Made by a program: the position numbers and the translations under genes. Shown here piece by piece: positions 36,600 through 48,682 of a stretch of DNA of 64,000 nt. How positions within the stretch are numbered: position 1 is the stretch's first letter; each line of letters starts with the position of its first letter. The notes under the pieces were generated by a model, which was given only the letters and a program-made list of their open reading frames with translations, was not told the origin of the DNA and did no database searches. This DNA is from Squalus acanthias (Eukaryota), in NCBI GenBank assembly GCA_030390025.1, contig CM059432.1:117120001-117184000 (forward strand), written 5' to 3'.

Positions 36600-39350
36600 T
36601 TATGATCTAAAATTGTTGAACTCGATATTGAGTCCAGAGGGCTGTAGCGTGCCTAAACGAAAGATGAGGTGCTGTTCCTCGAGCTTACGCTGAGCTTCCG
36701 TGGAACAGTGTAATAGGCCGAGGACGGTGAGGTCAGAGTGGGAGTGAAGCGGTGAATTAAAGTGACAGGCCACCGGGAGCTCGGGGTCCCCCTTACGGAC
36801 TGAACGGAGGTGTTCCGCAAAGCGGTCACCCAATCTGCGTTTGGTCTCCCCAATGTAGAGGAGTCCACATCGTGAGCAGCGAATACAGTATACTAAATTG
36901 CAGGAAGTACAAGTAAATCGCTGTTTCACCTGGAAGGGGTGTTTGGGGCCCTGGACAGTGCGAAGAGGGGAGGTATAAGGGCATGTGTTGCATCTCCTGC
37001 GCGTGCACGGGAAGGTGCCGGGCGAAGGGGAAGGGGTGCTGGGGGTGGTAGAGGAGTGGACTAGGGTGTCGCGGAGGGAGCGGTCCCTACGGAATGCTGA
37101 AAGGGGAGGTGAGGGGAAGATGTGTTTGGTGGTGGGATCACGCTGGAGGTGGCGGAAATGGCGGAGGATGATCCGTTGAATGTGGAGGCTGGTGGGGTGA
37201 AAGGTGAGGACAAGGGGAACCCTATCGTGGTTCCGGGAGGGAGGGGCAGGGGTGAGGGCAGATGTGCGGGAGATAGAACGGACACGGTCGAGGGCCATGT
37301 CGACCACGGTAGAGGGGAATCCTCGGTTGAGGAAAAAGGAAGACATGTCGGAAGCACTGGTATGGAAGGTGGCATCATCAGAGCAGATGCGGCGGAGACG
37401 GAGAAACTGGGAGAATGGAATAGAGTCCTTACAGGAGGCGGGGTGGGAGGAAGTGTAGTCCAGGTAGCTGTGGGAGTCGGTGGGCTTGTAGTGAATGTTA
37501 GTCAATAACCTATCCCCAGAGATGGAGATAGAGAAGTCGAGGAAGGGAAGGGAAGAGTCGGAGATGGACCATGTGAAGATGAGGGAAGGGTGGAAATTGG
37601 AAGCATAGTGAATGAAATGTTCTAGTTCAGGGCGAGAGCAGGAGACGGCACCGATACAGTCATCAATGTACCGGAAAAAGAGGTGAGGGAGGGGACCCGA
37701 GTAGGACTGGAACAAAGAGTGTTCCACATATCCCACGAAAAGGCAGGCATAGCTAGGACCCATGCGGGTACCCATAGCAACACCTTTAATTTGGAGGAAA
37801 TGGGTAGAGTCAAAGGAGAAGTTGTTCAATGTGAGAACAAGTTCAGCCAGGCGGAGGAGTGTGGTGGTGGATGGGGACTGGTTGGGCCTCTGTTCAAGGA
37901 AGAAGCGGAGCGCCCTCAGGCCATCCTGGTGGGGAATGGAGGTGTAGAGGGATTGTACGTCCATAGTGAAGAGGAGACGGTTGGGGCCGGGAAACTGGAA
38001 ACTGTTAAAATGGCGGAGGGCATCGGAAGAGTCGCGGATGTAGGTGGGAAGAGACTGGACAAGGGGAGAAAAAATAGAGTCGAGATAGGAAGAGATAAGT
38101 TCCGTGGGGCAAGAACAGGCTGAAACGATGGGTCTACCGGGGCAGTCCTGTTTGTGGATCTTGGGAAGGAGGTAGAAGCGGGCTGTGCGGGGTTGGGGAA
38201 CTATGAGGTTGGCGGCCGTGGGGGGAAGATCTCCAGAGGAGATGAGGTCAGTGACAGTCTTGGACACGGTGGCTTGATGTTCGGTAGTGGGGTCATGGTC
38301 CAGGTGGAGGTAGGAGGAGGTGTCAGAGAGTTGGCGTTCAACTTCCGCTAGGTAGAGGTCGGTTCGCCAAACAACAACAGCGCCACCCTCGTCAGCAGGT
38401 TTAATGACAATGTCAGGGTTGGATCGGAGAGAATGGAGTGCTGCAAGTTCAGAGGGAGGTAGGTTGGAGTGAGTGAGGGGAGCAGAGAAATTGAACTGGC
38501 CGATGTCACGGCGGCAGTTAGCAATGAAAAGATCAAGAGAGGGTAAGAGGCCAGAGGGAGGGGTCCAGGTGGAACGAGAATTCTGAAAGCGGGAGAAAGG
38601 GTCAGCCGTGCGGGGGGAAGACTCCTGGCCAGAGAAGTGGGCACGGAGACGGAGGCGGCGGAAAAAGAGCTCAGCATCGTGCCGAGCTCGAAATTCATTG
38701 AGATGGGGGCGTAAGGGGATGAAGCTCAGGCCTTTGCTGAGGACTGATCGTTCGGAGTCAGAGAGGGGAAGGTCAGAGGGGATAGTGAAAACGCGGCAGG
38801 GGGTGAGATTGGGAGAAGGGGGGTCAGAGGAAAGTGAAGGGGAAGAAGGTTCCGGAGGGGCTTTAGTGTCCAAGAGTTGTTGAAGCTTGCGATCCTTGAC
38901 ATCGGAAAGGAAGAAGAAAAGTTTTTTGTTGAAGCGTCGGATGAGTCTAAGGATGAAATGGAACTGTGGACCCGGACAGCTTTGAGATAGAGTGCGTCGG
39001 TGCTGCTGAAGAGAGATGTCGAGAGTGTTCATGTGGCGCCGCATGGCGTTGAGCGTGGATCTCAAGATGCGGCGAGAGCAGTAGTTCGAGGAACGATGAA
39101 TATCTTGGAGATATTTGTAATCCTGGGTGGATCCGAAACACGAAGGGTGGAAGTTTAGTTGGAATCCACGTGGGATAAGTCGGAACCAGAGACAGTTGCT
39201 GAGGAAAGTAATGTGGCTGTGAAACCGAGTCTTGGCAGATACCTGATCAAACACGAGAAGGGAAACTGAAATCAATGAAGATGAACAAGGTTGAAGAGCC
39301 AAACGGAAATCCCGTCGAAGAGAAGAGCAGAACTTCTTCAAGGTAGGCAT
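36600..39350 (-). CDS. Penelope RT-GIY-YIG polyprotein; 916 aa from the likely start MPTLKK (frame open from 39515)
   Basis: KPADEGG, YLLPKIHK, RPIVS, MDVQSLYTSIP, GVAMG, RYIDD, Cys-rich linker CTRRRCNTC, LVYCIRCSRCGLLYIGET. Confidence 0.96.
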   Translation of the reverse strand: MPTLKKFCSSLRRDFRLALQPCSSSLISVSLLVFDQVSAKTRFHSHITFLSNCLWFRLIPRGFQLNFHPSCFGSTQDYKYLQDIHRSSNYCSRRILRSTLNAMRRHMNTLDISLQQHRRTLSQSCPGPQFHFILRLIRRFNKKLFFFLSDVKDRKLQQLLDTKAPPEPSSPSLSSDPPSPNLTPCRVFTIPSDLPLSDSERSVLSKGLSFIPLRPHLNEFRARHDAELFFRRLRLRAHFSGQESSPRTADPFSRFQNSRSTWTPPSGLLPSLDLFIANCRRDIGQFNFSAPLTHSNLPPSELAALHSLRSNPDIVIKPADEGGAVVVWRTDLYLAEVERQLSDTSSYLHLDHDPTTEHQATVSKTVTDLISSGDLPPTAANLIVPQPRTARFYLLPKIHKQDCPGRPIVSACSCPTELISSYLDSIFSPLVQSLPTYIRDSSDALRHFNSFQFPGPNRLLFTMDVQSLYTSIPHQDGLRALRFFLEQRPNQSPSTTTLLRLAELVLTLNNFSFDSTHFLQIKGVAMGTRMGPSYACLFVGYVEHSLFQSYSGPLPHLFFRYIDDCIGAVSCSRPELEHFIHYASNFHPSLIFTWSISDSSLPFLDFSISISGDRLLTNIHYKPTDSHSYLDYTSSHPASCKDSIPFSQFLRLRRICSDDATFHTSASDMSSFFLNRGFPSTVVDMALDRVRSISRTSALTPAPPSRNHDRVPLVLTFHPTSLHIQRIILRHFRHLQRDPTTKHIFPSPPLSAFRRDRSLRDTLVHSSTTPSTPSPSPGTFPCTRRRCNTCPYTSPLRTVQGPKHPFQVKQRFTCTSCNLVYCIRCSRCGLLYIGETKRRLGDRFAEHLRSVRKGDPELPVACHFNSPLHSHSDLTVLGLLHCSTEAQRKLEEQHLIFRLGTLQPSGLNIEFNNFRS

Positions 39351-39485
39351 TCCAAGAAGAGAGGTGGCAGTGAACCAAACACTAATACGATAGCAAAATA
39401 CTGCGGATGCTGGAAATCCAAAATAACAACAGAAAACGCTGGAAAAACTCAGCAGGCCAGGCAGCATCCGTGGAGAGAGAAAGAG

Positions 39486-39522
39486 AGTTAACGTTTCAGG
39501 TCGATGACCTTTCATCAGAACT
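39486..39522 (-). ncRNA. Minimal type I hammerhead ribozyme (5' terminal repeat)
   Basis: Identical to 36288-36324. Confidence 0.88.
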
Positions 39523-40207
39523 GGGAAGAGCCGGAAATCAAATAGATTTAAGGCCAGGGTAAAGCTGGGAAAACCAAGGTTTGATACAAGTTTAACCTAA
39601 CACTTCCGCTTTTAAATTCTATTCCTCTAGAAATGAACCACAGTGCTTTGTTTGCATTTTTTATGACCTTATTAACTTGCATTGCTACTTTTAATGATTT
39701 GCGAATCTGTACCCCCAGATTCCTGCGCTTCTCTACCCCATTCAGAATCTTATTTTCCATGAGAATTCCTCCTACCAAGATGCACCACCTCACACTCATG
39801 TATATTGAATTTCATTTGCCATTTACAAGCCCATTCTGCAAGTTTATTAACATCTTCTTGTATTTTGTTGCAGTCTTCCTCAGTATTAACTATAATCCCA
39901 AATTTGGTGTCATCTGCAAATTTTGAAAAGATGGCCCCGATATTGTCTCAGAGGCACGTTCAGTGCGGGGGCGGGGGGGGGGGGGGGGGTGGCGGGGTTG
40001 GTGGGTGGGGGGAGTTATGGACGGGAAACCCGGACGTACTTTACATTTTTCTCCAGGTTTCCCGCGTGAAGTTGATTGCTGGTTGCCTGTCGGACGGGAA
40101 AGCATGCAGTAGGAGGACGCAGCGGAGCAGCAAGTACGGAGACATCGCTGTCGAGGGTCTAGTGGGGGGGAGAAATCAGGGGGGGTGATGGTGCTGGGGG
40201 GGGCGGA

Positions 40208-41410
40208 TATAAGATCCCAGAGGGACCCAGGCTCCAAATGATTTGAGGTTCACCCGTACTGGGGACAGTGATTTAACTTTATTAAGCACAAGCAAGACTT
40301 AGTAATTACAGTATTCGAGCAGCAGTTTATAATTGAGGCTTATATTACCACTTATACTCTGGGTAGAAGCACAACTGTGAGCAGGCTGCGCCCTGTGTCT
40401 CTTGACTCTCACTCTATCTCTCCGTCTCCCGGGTGTCTCCTTTATTCTTCCTGAAATCTTCTACTCCTGAATTCTTCTACTCCTGAAATCTTCTACATGT
40501 TGTGGCTGTTAAGACCCCCTTCTTCTACCCTTACTCTCATTCAAAACCTATGGAGTCCTCCTGAACCAATCACTGGCTGACACCCAAACCTAAAATCCAA
40601 TCATAAAGATGCCACGTTTGCAGCACCCTGGCTTACGCAGGTTTTTAGTCTCATGACACTCTTACATCATCTGTTTCTGACCATCAAGACTCATGTCTGG
40701 GGTAGTTATGGCAACACAAAAGGAAGATGCCTCCTTGCTGTTGGCCTTTGTTTTTAATTCACTGCGGATGTTATAACATTCCAGCACAATGGAAACTACA
40801 GCTAACCTTGGTTCCCAGGCCATTCGACCATGGTAATCTCTTGCTCACCCCAGGTTGTCTGGTTACAGCCTACTCACAGATTCTTAAGCATAAGAAAAAG
40901 GGTTACATGTTATACATAATTCAGGTTATCATTGCAGGCAGTTGATGATTACAAATTTCAACATTTAATCCTTACACACGATTATAGCTCTATTATTGAT
41001 GATTATAAGATATTAAAGGTTATACGATATCAAAACAAGTATTCAAAAAACAACTAACATGTCATTCATAACAATCTTACAGTCCCTGCCTCTTATCTCA
41101 GCCCTGGAATTCCATTAATTCTTTCAGCTTTTCCCACAGACTGACTGCCACCTTGCTAACAAGGCTTGCTGAGGTCTGCATTTTTAATATTTGCTCAAGC
41201 AAGGCCCAACGCCTTGTTTCTTCCATTTTAAATCTAACCGGGTCAACCCAGGGCATATTGCACTAGTTTAAAAACATGATTATTCAAGAATCGCCGTGCA
41301 TTGGGTAACAGTTACATAATACAAACTTAAACCTACAACTAATAATGCTTATTTCATTTCATCCATGTTAGTTCGTGGGAAACTGAAATGGGGATTTCTT
41401 AGGATTCTTA
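40208..41410 (-). mobile_element. Probable solo LTR (about 1.2 kb)
   Basis: TATAAGA (decayed TGTAAGA)...TCTTACA termini; flanks CGGA/GGGA; minus-strand AATAAA near 40280. Confidence 0.6.
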
Positions 41411-41574
41411 CAGGGAAATGGTGGTCGAGGGGGTCCGATCACAGGGTGATGGGGAGAAGATGGTGGTCGGGGGTTAGAATGTGGTTGGGTGTGGGCAGAT
41501 GGTGGTGGGGGAGGTCTGGTCACGGGGGTGGGGGCAGACAGATCATTGGGGTGGGTTTATAGGTAAGCTTGTTT

Positions 41575-43212
41575 TTTTCCTTCGTTCCTGGGATGTGGGC
41601 ATCGCTGGCAAGGCCAGTATTTATTGCCCATCCCTAATTGCCCTTGAGAAGGTGGTGGTGAACCACCTTCTTGAACCGCTGCAGTCCGTGTGGTGAAGGT
41701 ACTCCTACATTGCTGTTAGGGAGGGAGTTCCAGGATTTCGAACCAGCGACGATGAAGGAACGGCGATATATTTCCAAGTCAGGATGGTGTATGACTTGGA
41801 GGGGAACTTGGAGGTAATGGTATTCCCAAGCGCCTGCTGCCCTTGTCCTTCTAGGTGGTAGAGGTTGTGGGTTTGGGAGGTGCTGTCGAAGAAGCCTTGG
41901 TGAGTTGCTGCAGTGCATCTTGTAGATGGTACACACTGCAGCCACGGTATGCCGGTGGTGGAGGGAGTGAATGTTTGGACAGGTTGGGTGATTGGGCACA
42001 AGCATGGCAGATGCAATATAATGTGGATAAATGTGAGGTTATCCACTTTGGTGTCAAAAACAGGAAGGCAGATTATTATCTGAATGGCAATAGATTGGGA
42101 GAAGGGGAAGTGCAACGAGAACTGGGTGTCCTTGTGCACCATTCGCTGAAGGTAAGCATGCAGGTGCAGCAGGCGGTTAAGAAGGCAAATGGTATGTTGG
42201 CCTTCGTAGCGAAAGGGTTCGAGTACATGAACAAGGATGTCTTGCTGCAGCTGTACAGGGCCTTGGTGAGACCACACCTTGAGTATTGTGTGCAGTTTTA
42301 GTCGCCTTATCTGAGGAAGGATGATCTTGCCATGGAGGGAGTGCAGCGAAGATTCACCAGGCTGATACCTGGGATGGCAGGAATGACGTATGAGGAGAGA
42401 TTGGGTTGATTGGGCTTATACTCGCTGGAGTTTAGAAGAATGAGAGGGGATCTCATTGAAACTTATAAAATTCTGAAGTCCAACAGATTTATTTATAAAA
42501 TTCTAACAGGACTAGACAGACTAGATGCAGGAAGGATGTTCCCGATGGCGGGGGAGTTCAGAACCAGGGGTCAAAGTCTAAGGATAAGGGGTAAGCCATT
42601 TAAGACTGAGATGAGGAGGAATTTCTTCACCCAGAGAGTGGTGAACCTGTGGAATTCTCTACCACAGAAGGCAGTAGAGGCCAATTCATTAAATATATTC
42701 AAGAAGGAGTTAGATATATTTCTTAAAGCTAAAGGGATCAAGGGATATGGGGAGAAGGCAGGGACAGGGTACTGAATTTGGATGATCAGCCATGATCTTA
42801 TTGAATGGCGGAGCAGGCTCGAGGGGCTGAATGGCCTGCTCCTGCTCCTATCTTCTATGTTTCTATGTTAAGGTGGTGGATGGGATAGCAAACAAGCGGG
42901 CTGCTTTGTCCTGGATGGTGTCGAGCTTCTTGAGTGTTGTTGGAGCTACACTCATCCAGGCAAATGGAGAGTATTCCATCACACTCCTTACTTGTGCCTT
43001 GCAGATGGTGGAAAGACAATCACCGCAGAATACCTAGCCTCTGACCTGCTCTTGCGGGCACAGTATTTATGTGGCTGTCCAGTTAAGTTTCTGGTCAATG
43101 GTGACCCCAGGATGTTGATGGTGGGGGATTCGACGATGGTAATGCCGTTGAATGTCAAGGGGCAGTGGTAGACTCTCGCTTGTTGGAGATAGTCATTGCC
43201 TGGCACTTGTGT
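41575..43212 (-). mobile_element. CR1-group LINE 3' fragment (41575-41975 plus 42869-43212) split by a CR1
   Basis: SLHHRHTVAAVCTIYKMHC, SKSWNSLP, RFKKVVHHHLLKGN; GAATGTTT|AAGGTGGTGG junction. Confidence 0.8.
41976..42868 (+). mobile_element. CR1 3' fragment with (TTCTATG) tail
   Basis: WQMQYNVDKCEVIHFG, RPHLEYCVQF, FFTQRVVNLWNSLP. Confidence 0.93.
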
Positions 43213-44069
43213 TGGGCCTGGAGGAAACACTCCTGCTCCTCCTGGCCCACAAGCGGTGCTGTAAAGGCATTTACCTTATGGATCCAGCCCTTCTCTTTCA
43301 AAGCTCGTTCAAAGAGCCAGCACAGGCCAAATGGCCTCCTTCTGTGCTGTAAGTTTCTATGATTCTATGATTCTCCCCTCCTTTTACCTGCCAGGTTTCC
43401 CAATGCCAGGGAAACCTGGCTAACTGTGTTTAAACATAGATTCCCTGTTAAAATGGAGGCACGCAGCCTCCTTAAAAGGTTTCAACGACCGGCCCGTCTC
43501 CTGTGAGCTGATTGTTTGCCCGCCCCTTGTATCGCCTCTGTTAAAACCGGAAGTGGGCGGGTTTGATGCGGGCTAGGTTCCGGTTTTAGTTTTTTAAGTT
43601 ATTAACCTCCCACCCAAACAAAACCCACCCATTTTTTGGGATTAAAATTACCCCCTGCATTTCTGATTCCTGAGTCCAAATTGTTTATGTAATTGGTGAG
43701 CAGCAGTGGTCCCTGCACCGATCCCTGTGGAACATCACTTCCCACCTTCCGCCAGTTTGAATAACTATGTTTAACTCTCTTTCACCCCTACTCTTTGTTT
43801 TCTGTTTTGTAGGCAGTTTGCTATCCATTCTGCTATTTGTTCCCTGACTCCAGATGCTCTGACATTAGTCCTGAGTCTACTACGCGGTAACTTATCAAAG
43901 ATCTTTTGAAAATTCAAGTACATTGCATCTACTACATTACCCTTGTCTACTCTTTCTGTTACTTCTTCAAAGAATTCAATAAGGTTGGTCAAGCATGACC
44001 TTCCCTTTTGAAATTTATGCTGACTATTCTTTATTATATTTCATTAGTTAAGTCATATTGACTACATGA

Positions 44070-44478
44070 GCTTGGCCTGGTGTTAGCATACTTGCCTCTG
44101 ACTTAGAAGAGCATATCTTCAAGCTCCACTCCTGGGCTCGAGTCCATAGTCTAAGCTGAACCTCAGCACAGTATTGAGGGTGTGTTGTATTGTGGGAGGC
44201 GCTGTCTTTCGGATGATGAATTAAACAAAGTCCTTGTCAGCTTGTGCTGATGGATTTAAAATATCCCAACATGCTATATTGGGAATTCTTCAGGTTTCCT
44301 GGCCAAAATTCTTCCCTCAACTAATGCCACCTTGTTGCTGCTTGTGGGACCTTGCATTGTGCAAATTAGCAGCTGTATTTGCCAAGAAATAAGTGTCTAT
44401 ACTTCAGAAGTAATTTATTGGCTGTGAAGTACTTTTGGGACATTGTGTTATATAAATGCAAGTTTGTTCTTTCTTTCC
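44070..44478 (+). mobile_element. Deu-domain-type SINE, diverged
   Basis: GGAGGCGCTGTCTTTCGGATGA..TTAAAC core and ATATAAATGCAAG-(TTCT)n tail; homologous to 61182-61626. Confidence 0.65.
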
Positions 44479-44589
44479 ATAATTTAGTAGTGGCTTGCTG
44501 CAATACATGTTAAAAGTTTTTTAAGTGTGCAGGGAGTGCTGCTGGACGCTTGCCAGGCCTCAGATGGTAAAGGAAGGCCTCTGAGAAGG

Positions 44590-44728
44590 CAGAAAATGCT
44601 GGAAATACTCAACAGGTCAGGCAGCATCTGTGGAGAGAGAAACAGTTCATGTCTCAGGTCAAGATGCTGCCTGACCTGCTGAGTATTTTCAGCATTTTTT
44701 GCTTTTATTTCAGATTTACAGCATCTGC
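44590..44728. mobile_element. Inverted Penelope terminal-repeat remnant
   Basis: AAAATGCTGGAAATACTCAACAGGTCAGGCAGCATC and its near reverse complement; similar to 36235-36280. Confidence 0.75.
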
Positions 44729-44729
44729 T

Positions 44730-46427
44730 CGCAGAGGGAAGAGGAAGACCGAGAAGAGGAAGACACAGAAGGGGAAGAAGCAGAAGAGGAAGAAGTCAAA
44801 GAGGAGGAAGCCGAAGAGGAGGAAGCAGAAGAGGAGAAAGCAGAAGGAAGGATGCAACCCAGACAGCCCCTTTCTGGCCGGGATATCCGGGATGGAATCA
44901 TCCACCTGCGGTACCAGTGACCACAACCCCAAGTCCCTTTTCAACATTTGTCCCACACCTTACCTTCCCTCTGTTACTGATCATCACAGCATCCTCCTGG
45001 CCACAATGCTGAAATAAAAGTCACCACAAAGCAAACTTTCCAATCCAACTTTATTCATCTATCCATCCAATTTGACATCAAGAAATGAATTCATCACTCT
45101 TATGCATTCCCTTAGTGACTGTCTTGTGTGTGCTTTTGCCTATCCTAGTGATGTCACGCAGTGCTACCCCAGTGGCTGCAGTATGGCTGGTGGAAGGCTG
45201 CTGACTTTCAGTGGGAGACTGCAGATGGCCTTGCAGGACGACCTCGAGGAGCTGGTGGCTGGAAATGTGAAATTGAGTTATGGTGTTTCTTTTTCTTCTT
45301 CTTCTTCTTCTTCTTCGTCTTCTTCTTCTTCTTCTTCTTCTTCTTCTTCTTCTTCTTCTTCATTCTCCTCTTCCTCCCTTGATCAACCACTGGCTGGGCA
45401 GGCTGTATTTCTTGGATGTGTGAAATGAGGAAGGCACAAGGCTAGAATTGTGGTGGGAAAGCAAGAGGTGCATGCGAGAAGGAGAATAACGTATGAGGAT
45501 ACCAGAATCTTGTATCCTTTCAGCCCCACTGCTGTCCAAGGGCTCAGCCATGCACCTGCCAAAAATGGCCTGCACCGCCTCCTCCAAGGGTGCGAGGTGA
45601 AGCTAGGAATGGAAGGTGTGCCTTGTGTTTTGTACAGATTGTTTGTAGGTGAGTGATGGGGGAGGGGGAGTTGTGCATTGAGCAGTGTGTGAGGCTAGTG
45701 GTGCAGTTGGTAGGAGATGGCTTTTGAAGATGCATTCACTGACCATGACCACTCGTCTGAGGTCATGAAGCTTCTTTGGGCACTGGAGCCAGATCGTGGG
45801 GGCGACACTGCCGGCAGTGACGGCCTCGGTGATCTGGTCCCACATCCTTCTTTCTGGAGGGCCTCCTGGCTCCTGTGGGTAGAGGACCTCTCTTGCAGTG
45901 TTGACCCCCTGCACAAAGCTGGAGTGCTGCATGTGAAACCCTGGGTGACCCTTCCCTGGCTTGCTGAGCCATTTGTGTTAGTGCTGAAGCGCTTTTCCCA
46001 TTTTTTTAGGCGTGGAAGGCAAATCAGCTTTAAGAGCTGAAGACACCCATTTGGGAATTCACTTTAATGTTAATTATTTTTCAGAAGGCGGTTGAGCTGT
46101 AATGGGTAAAAAGTGCATATTTTTTCATAATTTTTATTTTTTCATTTCCGAAGGTAGTTCCCCTTTAAGGGACCAAACTGCTTTCTGAAATGACAGCCTT
46201 GCTTTAAGAGAAGGTTGTTCTTGTTGCAATGACGCTATGGCCACACTACATTGGGGCCTCATGGCTGGAGTAACGCTACTAGAGTGGTGAGTTTAGCACT
46301 GGGCTAATATTAATTAGCCAACAGCACCAATTTACCGGTCCTGCCAGTGCCATCATTTTCAGTGGCAGTTCACACTGGCCCGTGGTGGCACCAGCAAGTT
46401 TTTTACCGATATCGAATTTCTAGGCCC
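44730..46427. mobile_element. Decayed, internally deleted Harbinger (acidic transposase tail on +, Myb remnant on -)
   Basis: Glu-rich 44735-44850; REVLYPQ...MWDQITEAVTAGSVAPTIWLQCPKKLHDL (45603..45932 -); TIR-like CGAATTTCTAGGCCC. Confidence 0.7.
45293..45362. repeat. (TTC)n microsatellite
   Basis: More than 20 near-perfect TTC units. Confidence 0.97.
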
Positions 46428-46590
46428 AAAACTGTGCACAGTACTCCAGGTGTGGTCTCACCAATGGCCCATATAATTGCAGCAAGACTTCCTTACTCCT
46501 ATACTCCAACCCCCTTGTAATAAAAGCTAACATACCATTTGCCTTCCTAATTGCTTGCTGTACCTGCATGTTAGCTTTCTGTTCCCTTTG
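46428..46590 (-). mobile_element. Short CR1 fragment
   Basis: AAAACTGTGCACAGTACTCCAGGTGTGGTCTCACCAA encodes RPHLEYCAQF on the minus strand. Confidence 0.8.
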
Positions 46591-46849
46591 TGTTTCAGTG
46601 ACCAGAATTGATCAGCCTGATCAGAGCCCCATACATTTTGAGCTTGATTTCCTCTGGCTTGTACTCTATAGTTTTAGCTGTGGTGTCCAACATTCTGTTT
46701 GCTGTGTTCATTGTTACTTTGCAGTGGTTAGACATGTTGAATGTCAAGTCTACTAAAATCCCATGATATGTTTCGATCTCACCCGTAGCTACTTCAATTC
46801 CACTGCTGGAGTGCTCATGTATGCATTTCAGTTTAATAGGCTTTCCTAT

Positions 46850-48682
46850 GGCCGCAATTTTACTAACCTCGGCGGGCCCGTGACGGGCGACGTCAGCGGC
46901 AGGTCCCGACCCTGCTGCAGGCTCCATCCCGGCTCAGTGAAATGAATTTCCCCTGATTGGGCTTGTTAAGCCCGCCCAGCGCGTTTCCCAGCCAATTAGA
47001 GGAATCGGGTTTGCTGGCATCATTTGATGGCGCGTCATCAGCCGGTTTCCTTAAAGGGACCGTGGCCAACTTTATTTTGACATTTGTGCTGTCAGTGTTC
47101 TACAGCATTGAGGTGCTGCAAACACTGACAATCACTGCACAAAGGTGCAGGGCTGCACCCAGGCTCTCCCATGACTCCCTCCATATGCTTATAGAGGGAG
47201 TCACAGCACGCAGGGAGGTTCTCTTCCCTTCCCAGGGATGGAAGAGACCTCCCCAGGAGATCGACACAGCCTGGTTGCACATTGCAGAGGAGGGCACAAG
47301 CAGGGATATGGTCAGGAGGACCTGGCTGCAGTGCCACAAACGTTTCAATAATCTCAGCAGATCACGAAACCTTAGTACAAAGCCACACTCAACCTCATCC
47401 TGCTGTGTCACTCATCACATCCCCATCACTCTGCCTTCCCTACCCTACTCCTGCACATCTTTACTCACACCAACTTACCTTGCACCTCCACCCATCCCTC
47501 TCTATCAGCGCTGACAGACCCGACATCGGGGAAAGGTGTGTGGCGGCTCGACCCATCCCTCTCTATCTATTTTATCACATCCCCATCTCACTAGCCACCC
47601 CTCACACTCACCCTCATCCTAGTGCAATCAGACCAACTAACAGCACACAAGGTTAGGCACTTGGATGTTTTATGCAATGTTCATGTAAAGTTTCTGTTAA
47701 TGTGGTGTCAAACATTGAAACCTTTATTTTCAACACTTTGCATTCTTGGACAGATTTGTGTGCATCTTTGGAAATGGCTTAGTGAGTTGCAGTGAATGGT
47801 GAGACATAACAGTACCCCCTGCAATGGCAATGAGTGTGAAAGGAATGGCTTGGGCATTGTAGGGATGCTTTATGGTGTTGGTGTGGGGTGGTGCCAACCT
47901 GGTGCATCATGTGGCAGCCAGGGTGTACAGCGTCAAGAGAAGTAAATCTGGCCATGGTGAGGCCATCCCTGGCCTCCCGGGCAGCAATGTGGTCGGGTGC
48001 TGATGCCCTCTGTCCTGTGCAGCATCAGTTGATTGCAGAGAAGGTTGGTGTTGTTGTAGGTGCTGCTTGTGTGCCTGGGGCTGCTGGTGTTGGGACTGAT
48101 TGTGGTGGGATTCTGAGGACCAAGGTGAGAGAGTATAAAGGGCACTCATACTGATGGAATAGATGGCAGGTGAAGTAGAGATGACAAAAACGATCTGTCA
48201 ATGGTGAGAGAGGTAATGAGGTCAGACTGGATGGAGACTTGTGTAAAGACTTGCAGCATGGTGAATCTGCTGTGGAAATGCAGTGAGGAAGCGCTTGCGG
48301 CTGAGGGAAGATATCTCTGTAAGGTGGGAGCTTTTACTGTACATTTGAAGCTGTCAATTCAACAGCTGATTCAATGGCCACTGAACTCCCACCTCAGCTT
48401 AACAGACGTGATCCCCGAGCAGTGAGGACCCCATGGGCGAGCATGTAAAATCAAAGGGTGAGCTCAAATGTATTCTTAATGATCTCTAAATAAGGTCATA
48501 ATTACCTGAATTGGGTTACCCGCCGCTGCCTGTCAGGTCTGCTCAGCGCTGACAGACCCGACATCGGGGAAAGGTGCGTGGCGGCGGGTTCACAGCAGGG
48601 TCCCGACCCGCTGGGGAAAAAAACACTTTCCCACCCGACCCGCCACCAATCGCGCCTGCTGACCCCCCGGAAAACCTCATCC
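46850..48682 (+). mobile_element. Non-autonomous Myb-bearing Harbinger
   Basis: GGCCGCAATTTT start; TAT TSD (46847-46849 / 48683-48685); ORF 46957..47514 with WLQCHKRFNNL. Confidence 0.87.

Larger units (their letters stand above)
36223..39571 (-). mobile_element. Full-length Penelope-like element (Neptune-like) with ~150-bp direct terminal repeats
   Basis: Repeats 36223-36373 and 39421-39571 differ at one base; AACCAAG duplicated on both flanks; one long ORF. Confidence 0.96.
39933..43655. mobile_element. GC-rich MITE-like remnant(s) hosting nested LTR and LINE insertions
   Basis: Begins GGCCCCGATATT and ends TTAAAATTACCCCC (weak TIR match); interrupts the host CR1; 43380-43655 resembles 12740-13020. 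Confidence 0.5.

Noticed and set aside
44649..45428. Lys/Arg-, Glu-, Ser- and Phe-rich ORFs
   Set aside because: Translations of GAA/TTC low-complexity sequence inside a decayed Harbinger
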